Below are positions 9,557 through 18,415 of a DNA stretch of 64,000 bases, one piece after another. The translations under genes and the position numbers were made by a program. The notes beneath the pieces are model-generated. The model worked only from the letters and a program-made list of their open reading frames with translations. It did no database searches and was not told the DNA's origin. This DNA comes from a virus, in the IMG/VR virus record IMGVR_UViG_3300018080_000001, positions 96,001-160,000 of that record; one strand, written 5' to 3'. The first letter of the stretch is position 1; each line of letters starts with the position of its first letter.

Positions 9557-11575
9557 CTAACTCGTTGAAGCACTAAAATCACTATAGTATACCACAATTC
9601 TCACTTTCATATCATCTACAGTAACATTAGAATCTGTAGTAATCGTTAATGTAGTGGCGCTACCATTAGCAATGGGTAATTGAGTTCCATCATTTCCTCC
9701 CGGAGAAACCGCAGTATTTCCTAAAGATACACCCGCATTTTGAATTAATTCATCAGCATTTCCACTACCCGTGATACCAACATCATAATTAGTCGCACCA
9801 CCTCCAGCTGCATCTGTACATCTTACTGTCACTCCCCAAATTAATGAATTTGCAGGAGCTAAATTACCTGAAGTTGCAACTCCTCCTGCACCTTGACCAA
9901 CTGCAATTGTAACCTCTTCAGAAACCCATTGACACCCTAAACCACAAGATGCAGCATTTTGCCCACCAACAGAATAACCCTGAACAACAAACAATTCGTC
10001 CGTTCCTGGATCACTAGCACTAGTACCAATCCACACACCATCACCAATAGAAATAGTTCCTCCTTGAGAATTATTTCTAGTTGCAAAAACCCTTACTATA
10101 CCATCCTGCGTCCCGACACCATTAGTTTCACATTCTACTTCAATTTCTCCATATGTACACTGAGAAGGCGTAGCATTTTGACCAAAAAATCTAATGTGGC
10201 ATATATCACCTACACCATGAGCACTACCATTAGTCACAAATAAATAAGCATCCCCAGAACCATTATATACTGTAGTTGTAGGAGCAGATAATGAACCATT
10301 ATAACCAATAGAAAAACCTAACACAGAATTACAAGAAATACCTAAATAATCATTAAATATTCTGTATAAACCTAATCCCGTATCATCAAAGAATTTTATC
10401 GCAGGATCACTCTCAGTGCCGGGCGGTGCATAGTAATAACCGTCAGTATCTATATACGCCACATTAGCTTCATCAGAATCCCGCCAGACCTGAATATTAG
10501 TTGAACCGTCATTAGTAGATCCTTTTACAATTAATTTACCAATCGCCGGTGTCCCGTCAAAATCTGTAGTTCCTATACCAACATTTTCTCCTGATATAGA
10601 CATCCGTGTAGCAAGAGATCCACCAGAACTAGTCTTAAAATCTAGTCTACTTTCTTCACTGGCCGCTGTATGATTAATACAATAATTAGAGATACCTGAA
10701 TATACATAAGAAGTCGGTGTACTATTCATTCCGATAAAAGCTATACTAGAAATATCTGTCGCAGAACCATGTGCATTTGTTGTTAATAAATTTAAATAAG
10801 CTTGACCGCTAGCATTATATACATTCGTCACAGGAGAACTCGTACCTGTATCATAATTAACAACTAAACCAGTAACTTGATTAACCGTAACTCCTACAGC
10901 ATCTCCAAACGTGGTAGCGTTATATAACCCATTATTAGAATCACTCTCCCAGGCTATCGATGGTGCAGCAGAGTTACCGTCCGCGTATTTACCTATTCCT
11001 TTTACTAAAGTATCACCACTGCTATCAATAATTAACTTATCAACTGCATTCTGTTTTATACTCAATGCTGTATCAGAGTTATCATCCTTATCGTACTCTA
11101 AAACTAAATTAGTAGCAGTACCTCCATTTTCTAATGTAATACCTTCAGCCTCAACAAGCATAGTTGTCAAAGCTTCAATATTCATAGACGTAGTAGACTG
11201 TATTTCAATTGTTGTCGTCGCTTTAAGTTCAGCCGTAGCAGTAGATTTTAAACTTAAAGCAGCTCCAGTTCCCGTTGATTTGAGGGTAAGTGCTGCACCA
11301 TCGACACTCCCCACAACACCGGCATCGTCCCCATTACCAGAAGTATTAGAAATAAGAAGATTTCCGTTCGTTCCATTTACCCAAAAATCATTGCCACCCA
11401 TCGCAAAATTAACATCCGTGGCAGGACTTATATTAATATCCCCGGAAGAAACTGTAGAAATATCTAAATCTCCACTTGCAGAAGGAGAAATATTCCCCGC
11501 ATATAGAGTATTTGCATCAGCAACACGTGTATACTTTCCACTATTTAAAGTAATAGGATGTCCACTCGCTGACAT
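9557..11575 (-). CDS. Virion fibre protein
   Basis: 672 aa G/S/T/N-rich; RMSISGENVGIGT fibre motif; N-terminus MSASGHPITLNSGKYTRVA shared with the neighbouring gene. Confidence 0.7.
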   Translation of the reverse strand: MSASGHPITLNSGKYTRVADANTLYAGNISPSASGDLDISTVSSGDINISPATDVNFAMGGNDFWVNGTNGNLLISNTSGNGDDAGVVGSVDGAALTLKSTGTGAALSLKSTATAELKATTTIEIQSTTSMNIEALTTMLVEAEGITLENGGTATNLVLEYDKDDNSDTALSIKQNAVDKLIIDSSGDTLVKGIGKYADGNSAAPSIAWESDSNNGLYNATTFGDAVGVTVNQVTGLVVNYDTGTSSPVTNVYNASGQAYLNLLTTNAHGSATDISSIAFIGMNSTPTSYVYSGISNYCINHTAASEESRLDFKTSSGGSLATRMSISGENVGIGTTDFDGTPAIGKLIVKGSTNDGSTNIQVWRDSDEANVAYIDTDGYYYAPPGTESDPAIKFFDDTGLGLYRIFNDYLGISCNSVLGFSIGYNGSLSAPTTTVYNGSGDAYLFVTNGSAHGVGDICHIRFFGQNATPSQCTYGEIEVECETNGVGTQDGIVRVFATRNNSQGGTISIGDGVWIGTSASDPGTDELFVVQGYSVGGQNAASCGLGCQWVSEEVTIAVGQGAGGVATSGNLAPANSLIWGVTVRCTDAAGGGATNYDVGITGSGNADELIQNAGVSLGNTAVSPGGNDGTQLPIANGSATTLTITTDSNVTVDDMKVRIVVYYSDFSASTS

Positions 11576-11587
11576 ATTAAATCCTTC

Positions 11588-13027
11588 CTACAAACTAACA
11601 GGTTCACCTAAAACAATTACGATTGTACGACTAGAACCTGATCCTGTATCCAACGAATATCCTACTCTCTGGGATTCCCCCGACGTAGGAGCTGTACTCG
11701 TAACTTCACCATCTGTACCAGACATATAAACAACTTGTCCGACAGTCCAAGCTCCAACATCCGACGTAAGAACAGTGGATTTACCAGAACTTTTAATACT
11801 TACAGAAGCACCGCCAGCTACTCCAGTTTGAGCTACGCCAACAACAAAATTCTGATTTGCCGTGTCTTTATTAGCCTTAACAATTTTTCCGGTGGCTGAT
11901 CCATCATCGGCAGACACAATATCGTATTGGGTAATAGCTTCATCCGCTGTATCCGACCACACGCCAACATCAGTTATCTCGCCCTTAAGCTCGTTAAGAC
12001 CACCTATAATAGAAGTCGCAGTAAAACCACTTAAAGAAGTGTCCCCCGCTTCATTCAACGTTATAGTAGCCGCACGAGCACCTAAAGTAAGATCAGCAGC
12101 CGCTCCAGAAACAGTAAAATTGGACGCACTGGTAGCGTCCAAAGCAATGTCAATTCCGTCAACATCAACAGAATTAGCATTACCATTAATTGTTACCCCG
12201 CCAACACCATTCAAAGTAATTACACCTGCTAATGTAGCGGTTAAAGTTAAATTCGTATTCACCGTAGTCCACGTAGAAGCAGCAGCCGCATTCAAAGCAA
12301 TACCCGCTGATGTATCTAAATTAATAGTAGAAGCATCAATATCAACAGAAAGATCATTTGCGCCACCTCTCAAAAATTTAGCATGATCTGTACCATTCAG
12401 CACCTGAAAACCGTCTGCTCCCGTACCGGGAATAGCAGATAAATCAACTGTAAAAGAGTAATCACCAGTAAGATTCCAAATAGTATCATAAGCATCTACA
12501 GTAATCGTAGCCCCGTTATTATAACCGTCGTCCAAATCCCAGGTAGATGCCGCCGCAGTAGACCAAGAAGCCCCATTCCACCATTGCAAATCATTAGATC
12601 CATCTATTCTTATGGCTCCAGTTTCACCCACAGAACTACTAGGAAGAACCAGCACACCCGTACCAGTTACCCTTTCAAAACGCACATCAATTGCAACCAA
12701 CACAGATAGATCACACTTTAAAGAGGCAGAATCGCTACTACCGCCACCAATAGATATAGAGTCTCCAGAATTATCACCAAGAGTGACATTACCATTAAAA
12801 GTAGCACCACCCGTAACAGTTTCCGCACCGTCAACAGCTAAATCGCCTAAAACTCTAGTTATTCTTCCTACAGTACCTAACTTTAGCTCTCCGGTACCAT
12901 TGGCAAGAACCAATAAATCTAAATCCGTGGTATTAGGTTGAACAACACCAACATATAAAGTGTCTGTTTCAGCAACCCTAGTATACTTTCCACTATTTAA
13001 CGTAATTGGATTTCCACTTGCAGACAT
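11588..13027 (-). CDS. Virion fibre protein
   Basis: 479 aa; N-terminus MSASGNPITLNSGKYTRVA; C-terminal cement-like domain (VYMSGTDGEVTSTAP...QRVG). Confidence 0.7.
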   Translation of the reverse strand: MSASGNPITLNSGKYTRVAETDTLYVGVVQPNTTDLDLLVLANGTGELKLGTVGRITRVLGDLAVDGAETVTGGATFNGNVTLGDNSGDSISIGGGSSDSASLKCDLSVLVAIDVRFERVTGTGVLVLPSSSVGETGAIRIDGSNDLQWWNGASWSTAAASTWDLDDGYNNGATITVDAYDTIWNLTGDYSFTVDLSAIPGTGADGFQVLNGTDHAKFLRGGANDLSVDIDASTINLDTSAGIALNAAAASTWTTVNTNLTLTATLAGVITLNGVGGVTINGNANSVDVDGIDIALDATSASNFTVSGAAADLTLGARAATITLNEAGDTSLSGFTATSIIGGLNELKGEITDVGVWSDTADEAITQYDIVSADDGSATGKIVKANKDTANQNFVVGVAQTGVAGGASVSIKSSGKSTVLTSDVGAWTVGQVVYMSGTDGEVTSTAPTSGESQRVGYSLDTGSGSSRTIVIVLGEPVSL

Positions 13028-13357
13028 TTAAACCCCCCTAACTTTTTTATCTAGATTTTTTATATTTTTCTTTTTGCCTAAAATTCTGCCTTTAACACGA
13101 GAAGACTTTTCTTCCATAAATAATTTATTCCTAGCAACCCAAGGTTCCCCATTAATAAAAATAGGAGGTGGCACATAGTTTTCTAAAGCTTTTTTCATTC
13201 TTAGATCTTCAACCTCTAAAATCTCTCCCGGCTCTATAATAAATTCTTCTTTTTTTCCGTCTTCCGTAGGCAATCTAATCTTTATCTTAGAACCTGTACC
13301 ATCCCAGTCTTTAGCAAATACCGACATTTTATCAGAGACTTTAAACTTCGTACCCAT
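13028..13357 (-). CDS. Hypothetical protein
   Basis: 109 aa ORF with GAGG RBS. Confidence 0.65.
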   Translation of the reverse strand: MGTKFKVSDKMSVFAKDWDGTGSKIKIRLPTEDGKKEEFIIEPGEILEVEDLRMKKALENYVPPPIFINGEPWVARNKLFMEEKSSRVKGRILGKKKNIKNLDKKVRGV

Positions 13358-13366
13358 TGATAAACC

Positions 13367-14035
13367 TCAATTAAATAAAGGTTCTCCGAAAGAGAACGCA
13401 AAAGTTGTGGCATTCTTTACATATCCAACAGATTGAGATATAGTTCCCGCCGCTGTAACGGGTGTTGCAGTTATTGCACCGTCAACACCTAAAAAATATT
13501 GCGTTCCTGGGGTTAAAGCTGCAAAACCGCCAATTATAACATCCTTGGAAATATAACAAGTAGTGCCCGTAGGTTTATTATATACTACAGATAAAGCAGG
13601 TCCAAAATTAGCCCCCGCAGCATTAGATGCAAATTTAACAGTATCTGCAACAGTATCTATCTGAACCACATCACCGACAGCAACACCCAACGGACAATTA
13701 TATAAGCCCATGCCACTGCCAACAAGAAGATTATAACTCACTCCAGTATCATCAGTATACCACAAAGAAAAACCCGGACCTCCTGTGTTGTCTACCCATA
13801 CCGTAGGATCTCCTGGAGTACCCGGATTAGCGGCTTTACCCAATGGATCAAAAGACACACCACCAAGACCAATACAAGGATCGTTGTCTATACCAAGTTT
13901 TGCCTCAATGTTTTCGATTGCTTCATATCCACTGTTTTGGTGATCTACGATCACCTCATCAACGCCATCAAGAAGACGAGGAAGAAAACTATCTAAAGAA
14001 GTAGGATAAACACTGCCGCCATAAACTGTAGTCAT
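13367..14035 (-). CDS. Virion structural / head-fibre protein
   Basis: YPTSLD...AIENIEAKLG N-terminus; C-terminal LTPGTQYFLGVDGAITATP...QSVG domain; likely ATG 14035 (ORF track 14065). Confidence 0.6.
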   Translation of the reverse strand: MTTVYGGSVYPTSLDSFLPRLLDGVDEVIVDHQNSGYEAIENIEAKLGIDNDPCIGLGGVSFDPLGKAANPGTPGDPTVWVDNTGGPGFSLWYTDDTGVSYNLLVGSGMGLYNCPLGVAVGDVVQIDTVADTVKFASNAAGANFGPALSVVYNKPTGTTCYISKDVIIGGFAALTPGTQYFLGVDGAITATPVTAAGTISQSVGYVKNATTFAFSFGEPLFN

Positions 14036-14202
14036 ATTCTCACCATTCCATACATAGGCATACAAGTACCTAGTAGAATTCTAATTTAAGTCTAACATGT
14101 AATCTCGTAGGGAATTTTAAATATAGTACTATATAGTAAGGAATATAAGCTCAGTACGGCATTAACTATAACATAAAAAAATAAAAAATATATCTCAGTA
14201 TA

Positions 14203-14230
14203 TTGACAGCTTAAAAAAGTGTATTATATT
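14203..14230 (+). promoter_or_regulatory. Sigma70-like promoter
   Basis: TTGACA-N16-TATATT with A-rich upstream element. Confidence 0.75.
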
Positions 14231-14253
14231 TTATATAACACAAGGAGAAAACA

Positions 14254-14436
14254 ATGAAAATCAGAAAAACAGAAACATTGAAAAAAGAAAAATACACCTT
14301 CAAAATATATAGAGAAGGCCAATACTGGTATGCAGATATTCACAGAAAAAACGAAGAAACCTGCACTAGAAAATGGGGATGTACCACAACAAAAAAGAAA
14401 ATTTTAGAGTATATTAATCACTTTTGCAAAAAATAA
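14254..14436 (+). CDS. Small basic hypothetical protein (moron)
   Basis: 60 aa; own promoter and AAGGAG RBS. Confidence 0.75.
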   Translation: MKIRKTETLKKEKYTFKIYREGQYWYADIHRKNEETCTRKWGCTTTKKKILEYINHFCKK

Positions 14437-14454
14437 AAAACATATCTCAGTATA

Positions 14455-14483
14455 TTGACAGCTTAAAAATTAAGTACTATGTT
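14455..14483 (+). promoter_or_regulatory. Sigma70-like promoter (duplicate of 14203)
   Basis: TTGACA-N17-TATGTT; shares atatctcagtatattgacagcttaaaaa with the previous promoter. Confidence 0.75.
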
Positions 14484-14506
14484 TTATTTAACAAAGGAGA
14501 AAAACA

Positions 14507-14833
14507 ATGAAAAAAATAACCAGCATAGATGAAGTCCGCATCGCAAACCAAGACGTGGCAAACGCTGTTCTTATTAGAATCACAACAAAACGAGGATCTG
14601 TTCCAGGAATGCCTTGGTTTGGATCTAGACTACATACTATTACTACGCTTGGAGATTGTCATACTAGAGTAATAGAAGGTTTTCTTCTGGAAGCTGTAGC
14701 TGATTTGGTTAGTGAAAATAAGATCAAAGATGTTTCTGCCACTGCATTTATAGAAAACTACAAATTTAATTGGGAACTATCTTGGGTAGACTGCACTGAT
14801 GGTCAAAAACACCTCTTAGTATCGCCAGAATAA
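14507..14833 (+). CDS. gp25 / Mu gp46-like baseplate-wedge family protein (moron)
   Basis: RITTKRGSVPGMPWFGSRLHTI matches the T.+G..P..P.FGS.L pattern of this family; AAGGAG RBS. Confidence 0.6.
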   Translation: MKKITSIDEVRIANQDVANAVLIRITTKRGSVPGMPWFGSRLHTITTLGDCHTRVIEGFLLEAVADLVSENKIKDVSATAFIENYKFNWELSWVDCTDGQKHLLVSPE

Positions 14834-14839
14834 AAAGCG

Positions 14840-15217
14840 CTACTCCAACCTCTCGTACTCATACCTATCTCGTAAATTAGTCCATATAAATTGACCTTTA
14901 GACGGTGCAGCAAAAAACTGATCAAACACTTCGGGCTCAACATTATAATAACCGTATAAAGATTCTGGCCTGTTTCCTTTGGCTAAAAATCTTACATACA
15001 AAATTTGGTTATCATCGTCATACCCAAATTCTTTTACATTAGAACTTTCAACAGGATACATCGTTGGAAACTGATCACCAGTTTCCTCCTCTACAACCTG
15101 CTCCGCATCCTCTACAAACTGCTCTTCTTCATACAAAGGTGTTTCATATTCCTGTTGAGCCATTTTATAACCTACTGTTGAAGCAATACGCTCCAATGCT
15201 GAATCAGATAAACTCAT
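14840..15217 (-). CDS. KTSC domain protein
   Basis: PVESSNVKEFGYD...LYVRF...Y.YYNV...F.AAPSKGQF...RYEYERL. Confidence 0.85.
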   Translation of the reverse strand: MSLSDSALERIASTVGYKMAQQEYETPLYEEEQFVEDAEQVVEEETGDQFPTMYPVESSNVKEFGYDDDNQILYVRFLAKGNRPESLYGYYNVEPEVFDQFFAAPSKGQFIWTNLRDRYEYERLE

Positions 15218-15218
15218 G

Positions 15219-16613
15219 TTATTGCTGTATAATAGCCTCTACAAAACCTTTTATACCCTCACATACTAAAGCCTTAATCTTTTCTTGATTAAAAGACTCT
15301 ACATTATCCCACTCCGTTTCATGCGGAGGAACTCCAGTAGAAGGATCACCCTCTACTTTTTTATAAACGATACTATATGCATTAACATCATTGCCCCCAA
15401 CAACAGTTAATTCTACTTCAGCTTCATACGCTTCTTCCTCCACCATGATAGCATCAATAACATCCTCAAAATGCATAGAAGATAGCCTATCACCTTCTAT
15501 AGCCTCGGAAATAAACTCCATATAAACTTCAGACGTTGTATTACCTGCTGGGGGAATCGCTTCCAAAGCCATATCCACACAGTTTCTAATAAAACCGTCT
15601 CCCACCTCCACCTCTATTTTACCCACGAACTCCGCGCCTTCCGGCATTTCATCGGGCATAGCGTACTGCGCCTTTCTCCCCGCCGCTATTGCACCCCCCA
15701 AACTCTCCGTTACCTTATTAAACTTATCAGGATCTGATTCTTTCAAATCCATTAATTTGTCAAGAACCTCTACAATTTGTAAAGACTCCTCATACTTTAT
15801 TCTTTGGTCTTCAGAATACTGAGCTAAATTATTTTTCAAAAGATCTGCTGAACTTTGCACAGCATTCCAGTCCCCGTCATAAACCGCACTCTGAATTTGC
15901 TCCAAGCCCCTAGCAATTTCTTGTATTTCTTGAGACCTTGACTGCGGACTATATTTAAATTTTTCAATCTCGTCTAAAGTAAATTCCATGTCAGCAACAG
16001 TAGAATCAAGCCTAGAAATATAATCAAGAAGTTGATTAACACGATCTTGCTCCTTATCCACAGAACTCATAGACCTGTCAAAAAAAGAAAAAGCAGTCTC
16101 CAGATCCATAGGAGACATACGACCTTGTTCCGTATATAAACCGGGAATATTAGATTTATAAAATATAACTTTTCCATCTTTATCTAAAGCAACACCAACG
16201 GACTCTAAAACTTCTTTCAATCTTTCAATATCCTCTAATTCATCATACTCCTCTAAAGTCCACGCTTCCTCTATATCTTCATCCCCCAACGGTATGATCT
16301 CTTCTTCAGCTTCGAAATCAGGATATTCTTCTTCCGACTCGGCATATTCTTCAGGAACAAAAAGTCCGCCGTCCTCTTTCTGAACAAAACGTTGTGCGGC
16401 TTTACTCAATTTACTGGAAATATTAGATTCTTCTGCACTTTTTACTTTTCCCGTCCTAACACCTATACCTCTTTCAGCAAGAGCCACAGTAAAAGGATAA
16501 ACGTCCTCTTCATCTAAACTTTTTACCAGCATATTATATGAATCTTGACGAAGAATTCCTTCTTCTTCCATCATCAATTCCGCACGTCCTATAGCATCTT
16601 GTAATGTAATCAT
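15219..16613 (-). CDS. Acidic hypothetical protein
   Basis: 464 aa ORF, coupled to neighbours. Confidence 0.7.
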   Translation of the reverse strand: MITLQDAIGRAELMMEEEGILRQDSYNMLVKSLDEEDVYPFTVALAERGIGVRTGKVKSAEESNISSKLSKAAQRFVQKEDGGLFVPEEYAESEEEYPDFEAEEEIIPLGDEDIEEAWTLEEYDELEDIERLKEVLESVGVALDKDGKVIFYKSNIPGLYTEQGRMSPMDLETAFSFFDRSMSSVDKEQDRVNQLLDYISRLDSTVADMEFTLDEIEKFKYSPQSRSQEIQEIARGLEQIQSAVYDGDWNAVQSSADLLKNNLAQYSEDQRIKYEESLQIVEVLDKLMDLKESDPDKFNKVTESLGGAIAAGRKAQYAMPDEMPEGAEFVGKIEVEVGDGFIRNCVDMALEAIPPAGNTTSEVYMEFISEAIEGDRLSSMHFEDVIDAIMVEEEAYEAEVELTVVGGNDVNAYSIVYKKVEGDPSTGVPPHETEWDNVESFNQEKIKALVCEGIKGFVEAIIQQ

Positions 16614-17182
16614 CGATTTCTCCGTCCAACCCTAGTATTAGAAGCACTAGCCTTCATTGCAGATTTTATAGTATCTTCTATAGCTTTAAGCTGTTTTTTA
16701 TTCTTTTTTTCTTCTTCTACTTTTACACCTTCAAAAGCCACACGTAAAGATTCTTGAGAATTTTCTAATTTCTTAACAGAAACTTGTACTTCTTCTACCT
16801 TCTCCGTAGTCCCCTCTACAGTACCTGTTAGACTATAATACTGTTTAAACGCAGCACCGATAACACCAATTATAGCTATGATAACTACTATTTTTATTGT
16901 TTTCCAACCATCTAAAGTTTTTCTAATACCTTCAATATTTGCACTCTGAATTTCAATATCCTTAGTTATTTTATCCAAAGAACTTTCTTTTACACACATA
17001 TGCTCCCCCGCTTTCTTACGAGCGCTCAAAGCTATTTTTTTAGTCTCATCTAAACCTTTTTGCAAAGAATCTATTTTTACATCGACATACTTTTCATTAG
17101 CCTTAGTATCCAATTCATTCTTTACCCAGCTCCAACTTGGGGGTGGAGGGGCAGAAGATGTATCCCTTGATTTCGCTGCCAT
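16610..17182 (-). CDS. Single-pass membrane coiled-coil protein (possible lysis protein)
   Basis: TM segment IVVIIAIIGVIGAAF flanked by coiled coils; GAGG RBS. Confidence 0.55.
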   Translation of the reverse strand: MAAKSRDTSSAPPPPSWSWVKNELDTKANEKYVDVKIDSLQKGLDETKKIALSARKKAGEHMCVKESSLDKITKDIEIQSANIEGIRKTLDGWKTIKIVVIIAIIGVIGAAFKQYYSLTGTVEGTTEKVEEVQVSVKKLENSQESLRVAFEGVKVEEEKKNKKQLKAIEDTIKSAMKASASNTRVGRRNR

Positions 17183-17213
17183 AGTTCACCTCGCATCTTC
17201 CCCCGTCCTTTCT

Positions 17214-17858
17214 TCATGACGATACAGAATATATATCTTCAAGAGAAATCCCATTAATTTCATCTATATTTGCATTAGGTACAGCATTTATATCGTCTTT
17301 AAATATTAAGTCATAATTAATCTCTAATTCAGGTCTATAAGAAGCTGTTGAATAATTAGCGTTATAACAATCCTTGTACTCATCACTGGCAGAATCACCA
17401 CCATCCACAATTAAACCAATGTAATCAGAAGAACTGTACCCGCCACGATCAAACCAATCCTTAACAGCTAACTTCATATCAGGAGATGTATACTCAGTAC
17501 CCACAACCCAATTTGTTGATATAGACCAATTTTGGGAATTACCAATATCTGTGTAACCAAAAGCTAAATTTGTAGTAGACAAATTCGGAGCAGACCCATC
17601 ATGCACATGAACACCGCTTGTATAAGCGCCAGAACCTTGTGCTGCACAAGTTAATCTTATATAAGAAGAATTAACCGTTATATTATGCCGTGAAATATCA
17701 ATATTTGGTTGCCACCTACAAGCTAAACGAAAATCTCGATCTATTGTATCTATCTTAGGATACCCAAAAGTCAAAGGTTGCGCCGTACTTCTATTACCAC
17801 TATCATACATATCGTGACCCTGGTCCAGGGTAGTGGTATTCTGCTTATACTGGTCCAT
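17214..17858 (-). CDS. Putative virion beta-sandwich protein
   Basis: 214 aa; SYIRLT...YRPELEINY pattern. Confidence 0.5.
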   Translation of the reverse strand: MDQYKQNTTTLDQGHDMYDSGNRSTAQPLTFGYPKIDTIDRDFRLACRWQPNIDISRHNITVNSSYIRLTCAAQGSGAYTSGVHVHDGSAPNLSTTNLAFGYTDIGNSQNWSISTNWVVGTEYTSPDMKLAVKDWFDRGGYSSSDYIGLIVDGGDSASDEYKDCYNANYSTASYRPELEINYDLIFKDDINAVPNANIDEINGISLEDIYSVSS

Positions 17859-18414
17859 TTATTTTTTCCTGTTTTCTTAACTTACTAGAACATATAGGGA
17901 TTTTACCTGTACATACAGGCTTTACTATATAAATAGCGGGTTCCGATTTATTTACACTGGCTATTCTCCGCGCCACCTTTGAATACTCTTTTTGCCAACA
18001 GCGGCCTTTGTCTTTTTCGCACAACACGATAACATCATAATCCACATTATGTGCGTCTTCTAAAGCATCGGCAATAGTGTCATATGTTAAATATGTAACC
18101 CGATTTTCTGCATTTAGATCATTATTTATATAAGTTTCTACAATTTGCTTTCTAAAATTTATATCCTGAATACCCCAGGTCTCTCCCTGTGGCGACGAAT
18201 AAAATGCGGACTTAGTAAAAGCAACAACCATATTTTCACATAAATTAAATGCCTGCTCTAAAATATATTCATGACCACAATGAAATCTGTCCCAATTACC
18301 GAATATCGCACCTGTATCGTATTTATACATATTTCTCCGTTTTCCTAGCTCCCCCCGAACTATCTTTACTTCATCTTTAACAACTTTTTTATCTTTTTTA
18401 TCTTTTTTAACCAT
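17845..18414 (-). CDS. HxGH nucleotidyltransferase (cytidylyltransferase / archaeal-type PPAT-like)
   Basis: GNWDRFHCGH and C-terminal ICSSKLR (ISST-like) motifs. Confidence 0.7.
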   Translation of the reverse strand: MVKKDKKDKKVVKDEVKIVRGELGKRRNMYKYDTGAIFGNWDRFHCGHEYILEQAFNLCENMVVAFTKSAFYSSPQGETWGIQDINFRKQIVETYINNDLNAENRVTYLTYDTIADALEDAHNVDYDVIVLCEKDKGRCWQKEYSKVARRIASVNKSEPAIYIVKPVCTGKIPICSSKLRKQEKINGPV

Positions 18415-18415
18415 A

